NCBI RefSeq assembly: GCF_001194135.2
Contig: NC_068982.1
Coordinates: 115,567,428 to 115,631,427, forward strand
Reading direction: 5' to 3'
Length of the DNA stretch: 64,000 nucleotides
Origin: Octopus bimaculoides
Taxonomy: Eukaryota
Positions 1 through 55,480 of the stretch are shown here, piece by piece. Position 1 is the stretch's first letter. Each line of letters begins with the position of its first letter. A program made the translations under genes and the position numbers. Under the pieces are notes generated by a model. That model searched no databases. It saw only the letters and a program-made list of their open reading frames with translations, and had not been told where the DNA came from.

Positions 1-433
1 AATGAATTCTAAGTGGTTAGAAGGATTAGGTATATTGTTTAGTGCAGGATCTAGATGACAGGAGAGGCAGGTATTTTATGCTGGTTTTGGTTTTGTGTGA
101 TGGACCATTTGTAAGAAATGGAGAAACACCTCTAAGCATTGTGGTCTGGGAAATACTCTCACCACTCCAATTGGCTGTTCTAAAATGTTTTGTTTTTATC
201 AAAATATTAATTGTTCAAACAGCGATTAGTAGAGGACTAATTTATATTATGTTTGAATACCAGGATTATTTCTAGCAGTCAAGACTTGGAAAATTTAGCA
301 TTTTATTTTTTTAAAATTGGGATTCATGATGTCCATAATTTTTTTTAACATAAGATTCATAATTTAAGATACAGTTAATTTGTTGTTGAAAGATTGAACC
401 AGTATTTACTCTAATTAATATTTCTTATTTTAG

Positions 434-42279
<41,846 letters not shown>

Positions 42280-42282
<3 letters not shown>

Positions 42283-42930
42283 CATTTTCTTATTTTTTAA
42301 TCTCCTTGTAGCTGGCTTTGACAATAATTATTGCCTTTCTTCTCCATTTTCTTCTTTCTTTCCTTAACTCTTCTTCAAAAGCTTCCAGGCACTTTTGATA
42401 TGTTGCTTCTTAGTATGGCACCAACCATTTACTTGATGGTTATAATCCTCCGTGGTGCCAGTCTGTGTACTTTCTATCATGTCATATTTAATAGACATGT
42501 CTTCTAAAAGTCTATTCAGAGCTTGCTCCTTCCTGTTCTTATATGTCTACCTTCTTTCTCAGATGTATTCTTCAGTGGCAATCTCAGTAACTGTATTGCT
42601 AAACTAAATGTAGCAGAAAGCCAAAATTATTTTATTATAAAATATATTTGAAAATAAATTCACTCACCAAATGTCCACCTTATCTGTCCAGTTGCTGTGA
42701 AACCTGTGCAAGTTTTCTTCTTAGCTTCTTCAAGCTTATAAACTTTCAACATTTTCTGTATTCTCTCTGTTGGCACCTCTAACTGCCTGGTAAAGATATC
42801 TGATAGTCATGGAGAAATCTAGGGATAGGCTTGTCTGATTAGGTTGTGAGATGTATAGTGAGATGTAAGACAGATGGGCCATATTTTATACCAATTCACT
42901 GCTTCTCTTCTTTAACACTTGAGCAAGTTC
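42280..42930 (-). pseudogene. antisense three-exon-like remnant of unidentified protein overlapping the spectrin 3' UTR
   Basis: Minus-strand exons 42930-42892, 42818-42668 and from 42603 (or 42598) down, separated by 73-nt and 64-69-nt GT-AG introns (gtataa...ctaat...ccctag; gtgagt...catttag); peptide-like frames with internal stops. Confidence 0.35.
42653..42658 (+). terminator. candidate polyadenylation signal AATAAA (a second lies at 43042-43047)
   Basis: First AATAAA after the spectrin stop codon. Confidence 0.4.
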
Positions 42931-43644
42931 CTAAGAAAAGTCTAAACTAATTCACTGTATCTACTAGGTTAATATATATATGGAAGGATTTTGTTATTTG
43001 GAAAGAGGTTCTTGGACATGTTGCTAGCTATTTTTATCTACAATAAAATGCCTTCACCTTCTCAAAATGCCTTGTGTATTTTTTGTTTTACTTAACTACA
43101 GGTAATGAATCCGTCTTGTCTATGTAAACTTAGTCTTAATTTGAAGATAATTTTGTTAAAATCTAATTTAACAACAGCACATCACCAGCTCATCACCATT
43201 TTAGATCTCATTTTTCTCTGTATGTGCTCTCACAATTACTGAATTATTTTCTACAGGTAGCTTAAATTACAGGGAAGAACAACTAATTTTGTTTTATATT
43301 CCGTGGGGTAGAGATGTGTGTATGCGCACACACGCACGCACACACACACACACACACACACATTGTTTTCACATCTACTTTTTCATACTTGCATGGGTTA
43401 GAACTGTTGGGGTAGGATTTCTATGACCAGATAGTCTTCCTGATGCTAACCATCACCATGCAAGGTAATAATTCCCTTGTCTATCAATGAGTTTCTTAGA
43501 CATGCTCTTGTGAACTGCAAATGAAGGACACTGAACAGGAAAGTTGTTTACAGTCAGTAAACACTTGTGAAGACAAGGGGAAATACTCTCTTTCTCTCTC
43601 GCACGCGCGCGCGCACACGCACACACACACACACACACACACAT

Positions 43645-43797
43645 GCATCAGGCTTCAGTTTCCATCTACCAATTTCACTCACAAGGTATTGGTTAGCCCA
43701 GGGCTATAATATGGAACACCATCCAACAGTGTTCATGCAGTGGGATGAAACACATAATCACATGGCTCTGAAGCAAACTTCTTAACCTCACAGCTGT
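43645..43797 (-). mobile_element. SINE family 1, degraded
   Basis: cttcagtttccatctacc...aacttcttaacctcacagc. Confidence 0.6.
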
Positions 43798-44664
43798 ATG
43801 AGGGAGATTTGGTTAGTATTTCTTGTAGGTTTAGTGACTAGATGCTCCTTCATTGGCTGTTAAAAATCATTAAAATCATTGGAAAATGTCCAAAGTGGTG
43901 ATGGTAAGTATGAATGTCGGCCTAAGGCTACTAATAATTAGATTTTCTTTTCACTGGGCACAGAAATAAAATGATGAGGTGACGGAGTGAGGAGGAGGGG
44001 ATATAAATGAACTGACCTCAATGTGTTTTTTTTTGTCAACACTAGATAGGTGAACAATGAAGTTGATTAAACTTAGTACTGTGAGGTGCCCTACAACTGT
44101 TTCTAACGACCAACCATCTTTAAAATATATCTCACAACAATGAAATTTAAGTGGAGTGACTTAACATTTTTTCATGACCCTCAAATAAAGCCAGGACTTG
44201 TCAGGGTTTGAAGTCAGAACCTACAGCTATGAGACTAAAAATTATTAGGCATTTTTATCATTGTTGCCATAACATTGCCCTTGTGGAGGCTGCTATTATT
44301 CACAGTAGGTAGTAAGAAAATCAGTAGAGGAATGTTTCATTGAAATAATTAGTGATGATGCTAGGTCATTGGAAGATGTAGTATTGTCATAGTTTATGTG
44401 AGGATGTTATAGTACAGTTGTTAGGGAGCTTATAAATAGGTTTGGTCAGACGGTATAAATATATTTTCATCAAAGACTTAAATATACTGAATATGGAAAG
44501 CGGACGTTAAACGATGATGATGATGATGATGATGATGATAAAAGACTAGGTTTTCTATGGCTGCTGACCATTGGAGTGTTTTATGGAAAAAAAAACTAGT
44601 GACTAGTGTTTTTCCTTTATGGTTGATGACTGATTGTCTTGTAACTCTAGTCTGATGAATCTGT

Positions 44665-47150
44665 GGGGTGACTGATGAGGCCTATCCAGACTAGAAATTC
44701 TCTTTCACATGTAGGACATGTATGCGAAAGTGCAGTGTGTGGGGCACTAAAACTCCTTAGCAAAATGAGTGCTTCTCAGACGCATTCTTTTGCTTTTAGA
44801 GGTTTAGGTACTGGTGTGAATCAGACTGCACCAGTTGTGTTGGCTTGGGACAAGCAGCTCGCAGCAATCTTTGAGAAATTGTTTTATCTTTTGCTAACCA
44901 ACAGTGAGGTTTCCCTGACAGAATTCCTCTTAGAAGAGCTGCTATGGCATACTATTGACAGGCTCAACCCATTTCACCTGAACTCTCTGCAAAAGAGACT
45001 TAAGGCGTTGGCTTACTGTGGTAATCCAGAGTCAAGTATACTGACCTGTTAGTAGATGTGCTGATGTTTCTTATAGACTGTCTAGGACTCATAGGTATAT
45101 AAAATGTTGTGAGAACAACTGTACACTAGACTTTTACTTTGTTGGTACCGCTTTTGAGAGAGTGTTGGTGAATCACTTGACTGCCTGTCGTTTTTGAACA
45201 TTCACAGTGGCCCTAGTTTCTCGGTACAGATTCCTAGAGGCAGGCTTATATGAGCTCAAAATTGTCACAGATTGTTGTGAACTAGTTCATTTCTAACTAC
45301 GTCTCTTGCTCACTAACAATGTTGAGAAGGAATTCATCAAGAACGACCTCTTGGAGACGGCTTAATGACAAGTGTTATACAACTTATCGTCAGTTCGGCA
45401 CCGGATGTGGGTGTCAGAAGTGCTACTATCGAAAGCATTGCTTAAATATTACCGAAAACATTATAGTGGAGGGTAGCACGCAGTCTTGTTTGATGCCATT
45501 CGTTACTGGAAAGGTGTCAGATGCCCCTCCACTATTCTCTGCGCAGACCATCATGCTGTCGTAGAACTGTCAAACTATAATAGTAAATCTGCCAGTGCAA
45601 GAAAACTTCTCCGTCGTTCCTGCTGGCCTTATTATCAGGTCGACGATGTTGTAGAGATGTTATTGGCTGCGTAAAACATTCCCTGATTCACACGGAAAAT
45701 TCATTAACTTTCTGGGAGTAGGCTTTGTTTTAGGTGACCTGGTAGACAATTGAGCAGCGCACAGGCTAGGATCTTGTCGGCGATAGATATGGGGGACATT
45801 TCTCTGTGTTGTCCCATGAAAGTGATAAGTCAAATTCCTGGTTCACTTCTATTTGTAGAATGCAGCTAATAAAATTCGCATTGACGGAATATGGCCGTTT
45901 GAGCACAGTATCAGTGTTCTGCCTATCTCTCTCATATCTCTTGTTTGTCTATGAACGTCTGTGCTGAGGAGTAGAGATGATTCAGAGGGCCGTATATAGT
46001 CTTGTGTAGTAGAATCGTTCAAGTCCCACTTATTTGCATAGCTGTGAATCTTATCTGCCTTTACTTTGAACAAAGAGACTGGAATTTTTCAGGCTCTTGA
46101 ATTGACTGCACGGGGAACTACATAAAGGTTGTTTTTATTACTTACTCAGATCTTTGATGGGATCAGAGAAGCAGATTCTGCTTAGCAAGAAGAGCTTCGC
46201 CCTCCTTGTCATTCCTATCAAACCAGTCTTGGTTGTTGCAACTAGCTGGTCCGACAGACTCCAAAGGGAATGTGATAGTGTCCTTGAAAGAGGCCCATTA
46301 TTATTCAGTTCTACCTTATCTCTATGAGAGCTGAAACACTCTACTGCCTGTCTGTGAAGAAGTCCGGTGTATTTATTTGTTTTAGCTTGGAAGCATCGAA
46401 TTTCTTGACAGACTTCTAACCCTGAGCTCCGCTGTTGCGCTGGATGTGCAGGTTCGTTTTCAACCTGACAGTAGGTATCATAGATGACCATGTCAGACAT
46501 CCTACTGATCTCTTATCCCGACGATGACGTAGTGGAACAGATGACAATGTTTGGAAAAGCGGTGGATACATGACATCTTGTCGCTAATGGACAGGTGGGA
46601 CATTGTATTTGTAGCGGAAGGACCACGAGCAATACGTCCTGAGAAGCAAAAGGTCATTGTTGTAGCTTTCAATGCCATGCTAACCTTAACTCTAACCCAC
46701 TGAGGATTCATAGTCAGCCCCAATCTTTGCACATTGAAGTCACCAAGGAGGATAATTTTCTCCAACTTGTGGACACCAGTCTGGACCTTGCCAACTTTGT
46801 CCTAAAACTTTCCTTTTGCATCGCTTGGGGTGATCGACGTTGGACACCGATGAAGGCTGCACTATTTTGCATTCCAGTGGGAGCTTTAGATGCATCAGGC
46901 AGTCATCAAGTTCTTGTAGTAAATGTGGTGGCTTTATCAGTAGAAGTAGTACGATAAAAGCCATCTTGGGGTATGTTATGTGAGGAGGAAGATTAGAAGA
47001 GTTCTTGGTAAGTGACCAGAAAACTCCACCACTATGCGACAGGCGATATCGATCTACAAAGGTACCATTAAGGGTCATGAAGGAATCGGGTAAGTGCCAG
47101 AGGTAACAGGTACACACCATTCTTCATCTCTGCTGGTTAACTATTTCGAG
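44665..47150 (-). mobile_element. BovB-like RTE LINE (endonuclease to C-terminus), heavily degraded
   Basis: DDCLMHLKLPL; KIILLGDFNV; HRFSKHCHLFHYVIVGIRDQ; KADKIHSYA; C-terminal WIGLISH. Confidence 0.8.
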
Positions 47151-47786
47151 GGAGCTTTTACATTGTCGTACGACCTGCTAGAAATGACAGTCAAATCGCT
47201 CTCAAAACACACCTTATTGTCTTACAAAAGGATATATTGAATAACATGATCCTGAATTATGACCAAGTTATGCTGGAAAAAGAAGGTATGACAGATGACA
47301 TGGGGCTATCAATAGCAACAGTAACAATCGCGACGGCCATTTGGAAACTGTGATATTTGGGGATTGTGGGTTTGCGGAAGAACATAGTTGTGTAGGATGG
47401 GGTGGCAGACATGAAGAGCATGAGAGGACTAGTGGAGTTCCATTCAACATAGTTTAGTTGAAGTTCCAGGGAATAGAAAGGTGTATGGAGTAGATTGTCT
47501 TGATGAAGCATTGACCAGATGATCTGATGAAGAAGAGTAAAGGACGAAGCTTAAGTCAAGGTCCAGTTCAGAGGTGAGAAAGGAGTAAAGAGTGTCGGTG
47601 TTGAACTGGGCTATGTGTAAGTGAGGACATGAACTGGCTAAGACAATAAATTCCGAGGGGCATTTTGGTTGGAGGTTATAATGAATTATTTCGGTTCAAG
47701 TACATGACTGCCATTTATTATTGACCCAAGAAACACCGAAGACAAAGTCGAACTTGGAGGGATTGGAACTCATAACGTAAAGAGAC

Positions 47787-48160
47787 TGTAGTAACGCTGT
47801 GCGCATGCGTAGTCTCACGCATGCGTGGAATTCAACAACCAAGCTATCCCGCTTCATTCTAACTCTTTCTTGCTGGCCAGCGATTGAGCAAGGACGTGTT
47901 TAGCTGTCTCTCTCCATCTTTCGAACTTACGCTAGACAGCTCGCTCACATCTACATACCAACGTCCCAACAACCATATTCACACCATGCTCACACACACA
48001 GAAGACGTCTCAACAAACAAGAGCTAAAGATGTATATATTAACCACGTTGAATAAATGTTGTTTGTGTTGATAGTCTGGAGTTCAGCGTTCCGTTATATT
48101 CTTAATTTTATATAGGATAGTCAGGTATACATCTAATGATGTATAACCCACTTTCCTATA
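47787..48160 (+). mobile_element. LTR-like or unclassified repeat, copy 1
   Basis: Starts TGTAGT, has internal AATAAA; about 370 bp, highly similar to 60611-60971. Confidence 0.6.
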
Positions 48161-49354
48161 AGACGTACTAAATAGTACACTGTCAACATTCTACTGATTC
48201 TGGAAACAGTTCAGACTAGAATATTTCAGAATCATTAAACAAATGTACTACAGCATCACCAGCTAAGTATAGACCACATGCAGTCTTGTTTACAATTTGA
48301 AATTGCGCTAAATTTGTGTTGCGATAAAGATTACTGTATTGTGTGTACATATTATATGGAGACTGTATCTTTAAAGCAGGTATTGCATAGTGCGTGTATG
48401 TGTCTGAATTATTTGTTTGTATACATGTGAAGTGTGCATGCATGTGTATATAATATGTATAATGCTAGTGATTCATTGTATGTTTGTGTGTGTGCAGTGA
48501 ATATAGTGTGTAAAATACAAAGAAACGATTATCTTATGTGTAAAATGTGTGAGTTGCGCATGATATGTGAATTTTGGCATGTTTGTAGAGGAATGAATAA
48601 TACATGTGTAATTGTAAGTAGTAGATATATGTAGTCTATCAAGTGTGTAAACACTTCAGCGTGAGCTAATACACTAGTAAACAGTAAGTTTTCAAATAAA
48701 CATCCCCCTTTTCTTTTTTCTCATGTCACATAATTCTCTCTCCGCTCTACCTCTCTCCTTCTCTCCCTCAAATCCCAAACACTCGTTCCTCTACCTTCCA
48801 CTTTCTCATGCTCCCGACGTTGTCTCTCACTCTTGCATTCCCTGCTATCTCAAGTACTATCCTCTTAATCACCCTCATAACCCACAAACTATTCCCAACC
48901 CTCCTCTACTCCATATCCCAGACAGGGTCCTTATCCCTCTCCCAGACAATCGCCCCCTTTTCTATCTCATGTTTAAACACCCGCCCCTATCACAGAAACC
49001 CCAGTTCTGTTGATTGTCGACAGGGACCAGAGTTTAATGACCTAAGCTGTAATTGTATGTATGCATGCATGCATGTATTTATGCATGTTTGTATGTATGT
49101 TTGTCGTTATGTGTTTAAGTGTTGTCTTTTTTTTATTAATTATGTGAATACTCTTCTGAAAAAAAAAAAAAAAAGAAAGAATGGGGCTGTTTTTGAATAA
49201 CAAACAAACCTTCACAAATGGAATGTAAGCAGTAACAGGTCATATTTTCACTTTTCCACTTAAAAATGTAATTTTAGGGTACATGTTAGCAAGTCACTTT
49301 GTCTACCTAAACCCCACTTAGTAATGCAACCAAGAGAGAAATATGTATGTATGT

Positions 49355-49520
49355 ATGGCTGAATGGTTAAGAAGTTTCTTTTGTGACCATGATTTCCTAG
49401 GTTCAATCCCACTGCGCGACATCTTGACCAAATGCCATATTTCCTTATAGCCTTGGTTGACGCATACATTGTAAGTGAAACTTGCAAGACAGAAACTGTA
49501 GAAATCAAAGCTTTAGCCTT
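49355..49520 (+). mobile_element. SINE family 1 copy
   Basis: ggctgaatggttaagaagttt...aggttcaatcccactgcg. Confidence 0.65.
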
Positions 49521-49639
49521 TTGAATGTTAAAGTCATTTTCTCTGGGACTGCTCAACCGCTTACACGCTAACTCAATGAGCTGGTAATTCAAATGATCGA
49601 ACAAATGAGTCTTCATCATTGAAACCGACGGAGAATAAT

Positions 49640-49745
49640 TCATTCATTCATCAATCAATCAATCAATCCATCCATCCATCCATCCATCACTATAATCAAT
49701 CAATCAAACTATCTATTTATCTATCTATCTATCTATCTATCTATC
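49640..49745. repeat. compound tetranucleotide array (ttca/atca/tcca/atct)
   Basis: Direct read. Confidence 0.9.
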
Positions 49746-50299
49746 GTAAAAATGCATATTTTCATGCATGTATTGAGGCGAGTTAAATGTTTTGCAACAT
49801 TTGCATACGTGCTAATTTGTATATCTCGTGACCGAAGCAGTTCGAGCCGTGGAAGGTACCCGCTGAGGCTGGTGGTATCGTGGTAGTTGATGTGCAGACA
49901 CATTTGTGCATTACTTCACTTCGTTTGTGATTTGAACGCCGCACGGATGAACGTGCCATGTAGTCTAATTCGTGAACTTATACTTTACGAGTTCGAACGG
50001 GTCATAATTCTACAGAACCTAAGACATTTGTTGTGCGAAAGGTCAAGGGGCAGTTGATCAAAGTACAGTAACCAGATGATTCAGAAGAATTTCGTTCGGG
50101 TTGCAAGAATCTTGACGAGCAAGCAAGGTCAGGCCAATGAACGGCAAAGTAGATCGATGTACGGACGGACCGGTGAAATTGCTCGGTATCTGGTTGGTCC
50201 AGATCTTCAGTAGGCAAGAATTGGGATGAGGTTACAAGTAGGGTGGTCATTATCACTCAAAAATGGGTTTGAGCTGCGGTGGTGTATGCTCATATTGCT

Positions 50300-51150
50300 G
50301 CCTTAATAACTTACCACCTGACCGTTGTACCTTGCCTCAGACCACGTTTTGTTGAAATGGAACGTTTACTTTTCTACTTCCAGTAAAAAGGACGTTTCGT
50401 TAGTCTGGCGGTCCATTTGTTGCCAGCGCCTTCTAGAACGCGGGCTTGGCATGACATGGCTGCTAATGCGCAAACACGCACTGCGGATACGCCATTTATA
50501 GATCTTCCTCGATGGTGACTTTCCTCAATGGTCTACCGAGTAGCACTGTTAGTTCGAGGTAAACACTACTGGCACGGAAGTGCTGTGAGGTCAGACTGAG
50601 ATGCACACAGAGCGATGAAACCATTCTACACACACTTGTGCAGTGTCCGAATATTGGCTGACTTGTGGAGTTATGTCGAATAGTTTTTATCGCGTGCAGG
50701 ACGAATCCGACTATTGGCCGAATCCACCGTGAGGATCGTTCCACTTACCGTTAAGAAGGCAGGAGAGGCGGTGTTCCTCTATCTAGTGGCTAGGGCGAAA
50801 GAGGCTGTGTGGTGGAAGAGGCTGAAAGGATTGAGAAAATACCTCTTCGGTCAAGCCCTCATCGACTTTTTAAAGTTCCACTTGGAAAGGAAAGAGAAGG
50901 TGGAAAGCGAAGTGCTACTGCCCTGTGAATTTCCGGAGAAAAATGGCTCGACTGTGGCAAAAAAAGAAGAAAAGGTATACTCTGTATGCGCCTGTAGATA
51001 GGCGAGCATGAGAGAGGGCACTGCCTTAGATGATCAGGGTAATTCTGGCTCTGTGGGGTTACTTGATACCCCCTAGCTGGAGTTTCTTCTGTATCAAGAG
51101 GACTGCATCAATCATGTTATCACATATTTTGTATACTATGTAAACTTATA
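50300..51150 (+). mobile_element. Tx1/L1-like LINE ORF2 C-terminus and 3' end
   Basis: Zinc-knuckle RCTQSDETILHTLVQCP; LIDFLKFHLERKEKVESEVL; same C-terminus at 53316-53700 and 54140-54367. Confidence 0.65.
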
Positions 51151-51349
51151 TCACACTTCTCCGTTTTTCCATGCCTTCCTTCACATCATTTACGTAAAGC
51201 GCCATACAAATTGCTGTCTGTCCTTGTAATGCCCCTTCAGTATGCGCCTGTGGCTAATAAAAGAAATTCTTTGTTTTGTATTGTTTTGTGTAGTGATAAT
51301 AATGGAAAGCTCGACCTAATCGTAAATATTGCAATAGATATTCAAAGTC

Positions 51350-52911
51350 TGGGTTTCCTTGGACTGGCAACGAGGATCAACCTCTTCCACTGTGTGTTGT
51401 TTGTGATGAAAAGATGTCTAACGAAGGCATGTTGCCCAGCAAGTTTAAAAGACAATTTACAACTAATCACTCACAAGACTGCTGGAACAGCAATCTAAAC
51501 AAAGAAACTATTTTGAAAAAAAAAGTATGAATGCTTCTGAAAAGGCTCAAGTCGCGTGTATTGAGATAGCCGAAATGATAGCACTATAAACGAAAGCGCA
51601 TACTTTAACCGAGTCGATAATCTTACCCGCTTGTAGAAAGATGGTTAAAGTCGTGATAGGTGATGAAGCCAAGCAAGAAATAAGCAAGATTCCGCTCTCA
51701 AATAATACAATCCATAGGAGAATTATGGATTTATCTGCTGATATAGAGGAAAATGTACAGAACAAACTTCAGAACTCAGAATTTGCTCTACAGATTGAAG
51801 GATCAACTGACATTAACAACAAAGCACAATTACATTTATTCGTTTTATTGACGGTAACCAAATCATAAATCAGTTCTTTTGTTGCGAAGAAATGCCACTC
51901 ACTACAAGAGATCAAGATATTTTTGACATTTTATCTGCTTACCTAAAAAAAAAAAAAATGGAATTTATCCTGGAATTCATGTATTGGAATATGTACCGAT
52001 GGGGCACCATCTATGATAGGCTCTATTAAAAGGTTTTGTATCACTCGAACAACAGCAAAATAATCCTAATGTTATATGTACCCATTGATTCCTACATAGG
52101 GAGGTACTAGTTTCAAAAACAATACCAGTTGACTTAAAGCGAGTATTAAACCAAGTTGTTGAAATGGTTAATTATATTAAAAGTAGGCAGTTAAGTGTCG
52201 CTTATTTGAACAAGTTTGTGTTGATATGGATTCCCAGCACAAGCGCGTACTTTTACATACAAAAGTCAGATGACTCTCAAAAGGTAAGGTGCTGCATCAC
52301 ATACACGAACTCTAGAAGGAATTGCATGCATTTTTTAAAGAAGAAAAACATGAACGCTCCCTGGAATATCTACAATGTAAATTTTGGGTTTCCAGGGGAC
52401 TCATGGCAGGTAATGGGTTAAAATCAAGTATGCTGAGTTACCTATTGATACATTTTGGATTGCTATTATGGGAGAATATTCCCCCTCCCCAGTAGCAAAG
52501 GAAAAAAAAAGCTTTATTCATTTTGATGCAATTTTCCACATCGTGTTTATGTGAATTGGGAATTTTCAACCCTCAATAACATAAAATCTAAAAAAAGAGA
52601 GAGGCTTTGTTGCATCGAAGAAGAAATGAAGATTTGTCTTTCTCAAATACGTTCCAATATTGAAAACGTTTCCAAAAAACATCAAGTGCATGTTTCTCAT
52701 TGATAACTTTGCTTCATATATTGAATAAAGAGTAAGTACGCGCAATTTTTCTGTATTTTTAATTATCTATCTACTACTTTATAGTTTATGCTATGCTAAT
52801 ATGCATAAAACTCCTTTTGAAAAAAAATTAGAATTTATGTACAAAGTGCGCCAAAATATTTTGACTTCTTGTAAGGTGCACCACGAGTAAAAAAAAGTTT
52901 GGCAACCACTG
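51350..52911 (+). mobile_element. hAT (Buster/Charlie, ZBED5-like) transposase remnant with right TIR
   Basis: PLCVVCDEKMSNEGMLPSKFKR; [35 protein letters not shown]; ICTDGAPSMIG; THxFLHRE; right TIR gtttggcaaccactg followed by TGCTAGCC (nnnTAnnn). Confidence 0.88.
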
Positions 52912-53879
52912 TGCTAGCCTGAGATGCGTGTAGAGAGACGAAATTCTTCTTCACGCACTCGTCCAGTGTCCAAGCATTACTGACCTGTGNNNNNNNNNNN
53001 NNNNNNNNNNNNNNNNNNNNNNNNNNNNNNNNNNNNNNNNNNNNNNNNNNNNNNNNNNNNNNNNNNNNNNNNNNNNNNNNNNNNNNNNNNNNNNNNNNNN
53101 NNNNNNNNNNNNNNNNNNNNNNNNNNNNNNNNNNNNNNNNNNNNNNNNNNNNNNNNNNNNNNNNNNNNNNNNNNNNNNNNNNNNNNNNNNNNNNNNNNNN
53201 NNNNNNNNNNNNNNNNNNNNNNNNNNNNNNNNNNNNNNNNNNNNNNNNNNNNNNNNNNNNNNNNNNNNNNNNNNNNNNNNNNNNNNNNNNNNNNNNNNNN
53301 NNNNNNNNNNNNNNNNTGTGGTGGACCAGATTGAAAGGCTCAAGTCCTCATCAACTTTTTCAAATTTCACTTGAGAATTGGAAAGTGAGTGTGGAGAGGG
53401 AAATGCTGCCAGTAATTTTGTTGAAGGATGGGTGAATGCTGCAAGAACGGTCCGAGTGAACGGGCCTACAATAGACGATGAGGTGAGGGCACCTGCCCCA
53501 GTGGTTAGGGTTTCCGTGGTTTTGAGGAGTTTCCATGATCATCCCTAGAAAGTCTCCCTCTTTTGGGGAACTTTTCGTTGTTAAAATATATTTTGTTATT
53601 GTTTTCACTGTTTACACACTCATTTTATGTGACCCAACATCGTGTTGTCTTGTACCCTTCCGATGTTTTTTGTGAACCCTTAGTGGTTAATAAAGAAAAT
53701 ATTCATCATCATCATTATCATTATTGTCGTCGTCGTCAACTTTGCCTTTCATTCTTACGGGGTCGATAAAATAAGTTTCAGTTGAGTATTGGGGTCGATG
53801 TAATAGACTACCCCCTCCCCTAAAATTTCAGGCCTTCCTTGTGCTTAAAACAGAATGGATTATTATTTATATTATTTAC

Positions 53880-54120
53880 ATTATTTACAATTGACGCATA
53901 TTTGTCCTCATCTTGTTTGTTGTTAACACAACATTTCAGCTGAGATAACTTCTAGCCTTCATCAGGTGTCTTGGGGAAATTTTGAACCTGGGTTCGCATT
54001 CCTAAGGTATTTTTCAATGTTGTTGTTGTTGTTGTTGTTATTATTCAGGTCACTGCCTGGAATCGAACTCGGAATTTTGGGGTTAGTAGCCCGCACTCTT
54101 AACCACTACGCCATATGCCC
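53880..54120 (-). mobile_element. tRNA-headed SINE, family 3, with a CTGATGA...GAAA tail
   Basis: Minus strand: A-box TGGCGTAGTGG, B-box GAGTTCGATTCC, (AAC)n linker, then CTGATGA-AGGCT...AGCT-GAAA. Confidence 0.75.
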
Positions 54121-55440
54121 GTGGCCATTATTATCTTCCTTTTCAACTTTTTCAAGTTCCACTTGAAAAGGAAGATGAGAGTAGAGAGGGAAGTGCTGTC
54201 TCATAGCAAATTCGTTGAAAGATGGGTGACTGTTGGAAAAATGGCCAGTATAAACGGACCAATTCTGAGAATACACCTGTAGAAAAAAAAAAAAGGTAAT
54301 GTAAAAGGAGAAAGGGCTCTATACCCCTTTCTTATTTTTTTCTGACCAGGCTCCCGTGGTTTTATGGNNNNNNNNNNNNNNNNNNNNNNNNNNNNNNNNN
54401 NNNNNNNNNNNNNNNNNNNNNNNNNNNNNNNNNNNNNNNNNNNNNNNNNNNNNNNNNNNNNNNNNNNNNNNNNNNNNNNNNNNNNNNNNNNNNNNNNNNN
54501 NNNNNNNNNNNNNNNNNNNNNNNNNNNNNNNNNNNNNNNNNNNNNNNNNNNNNNNNNNNNNNNNNNNNNNNNNNNNNNNNNNNNNNNNNNNNNNNNNNNN
54601 NNNNNNNNNNNNNNNNNNNNNNNNNNNNNNNNNNNNNNNNNNNNNNNNNNNNNNNNNNNNNNNNNNNNNNNNNNNNNNNNNNNNNNNNNNNNNNNNNNNN
54701 NNNNNNNNNNNNNNNNNNNNNNNNNNNNNNNNNNNNNNNNNNNNNNNNNNNNNNNNNNNNNNNNNNNNNNNNNNNNNNNNNNNNNNNNNNNNNNNNNNNN
54801 NNNNNNNNNNNNNNNNNNNNNNNNNNNNNNNNNNNNNNNNNNNNNNNNNNNNNNNNNNNNNNNNNNNNNNNNNNNNNNNNNNNNNNNNNNNNNNNNNNNN
54901 NNNNNNNNNNNNNNNNNNNNNNNNNNNNNNNNNNNNNNNNNNNNNNNNNNNNNNNNNNNNNNNNNNNNNNNNNNNNNNNNNNNNNNNNNNNNNNNNNNNN
55001 NNNNNNNNNNNNNNNNNNNNNNNNNNNNNNNNNNNNNNNNNNNNNNNNNNNNNNNNNNNNNNNNNNNNNNNNNNNNNNNNNNNNNNNNNNNNNNNNNNNN
55101 NNNNNNNNNNNNNNNNNNNNNNNNNNNNNNNNNNNNNNNNNNNNNNNNNNNNNNNNNNNNNNNNNNNNNNNNNNNNNNNNNNNGGTATTTCGTCTGCTGC
55201 TGCGTTCTGAGTTCAAATTTCGCCGAGGTCGACCTTGCCTTTCATCCTTTCGTGGTCGATGTAATCAGCAAGCGCCTTTCTCCAAAAAATTTTCAATGCC
55301 TTGTGCCTAGAGTAATAATAATAATAATAATGCCCCGAAGCTGTACCAGACAGTGGTTTTCATGGCTTCCCATCTTAACCGATTGGAAGTGTTATCATGT
55401 ACATTGTTTTGTCGTTTGATGACTTGCTGTAACGTATTCC

Positions 55441-55441
55441 T

Positions 55442-55479
<38 letters not shown>

Positions 55480-55480
55480 T
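55441..55480. repeat. (CTA)n microsatellite; (CA)n tracts also at about 43330, 43620 and 55680
   Basis: Direct read. Confidence 0.9.

Noticed and set aside
42312-42398. Possible alternative hydrophobic (membrane-anchor-like) C-terminal exon LALTIIIAFLLHFLL... after ttgtag
   Set aside because: T-rich UTR encodes hydrophobic residues by default, no donor in the terminal exon leads to it, and readthrough of the TAG hits TAA after five codons.
44672-44700. ctgatgaggcc...gaaa hammerhead-like motif
   Set aside because: No stem II closure; it is the antisense of the RTE C-terminal WIGLISH codons.
54044-54120. tRNA gene
   Set aside because: A and B boxes are present but the acceptor stem does not close and it is fused to a SINE body.
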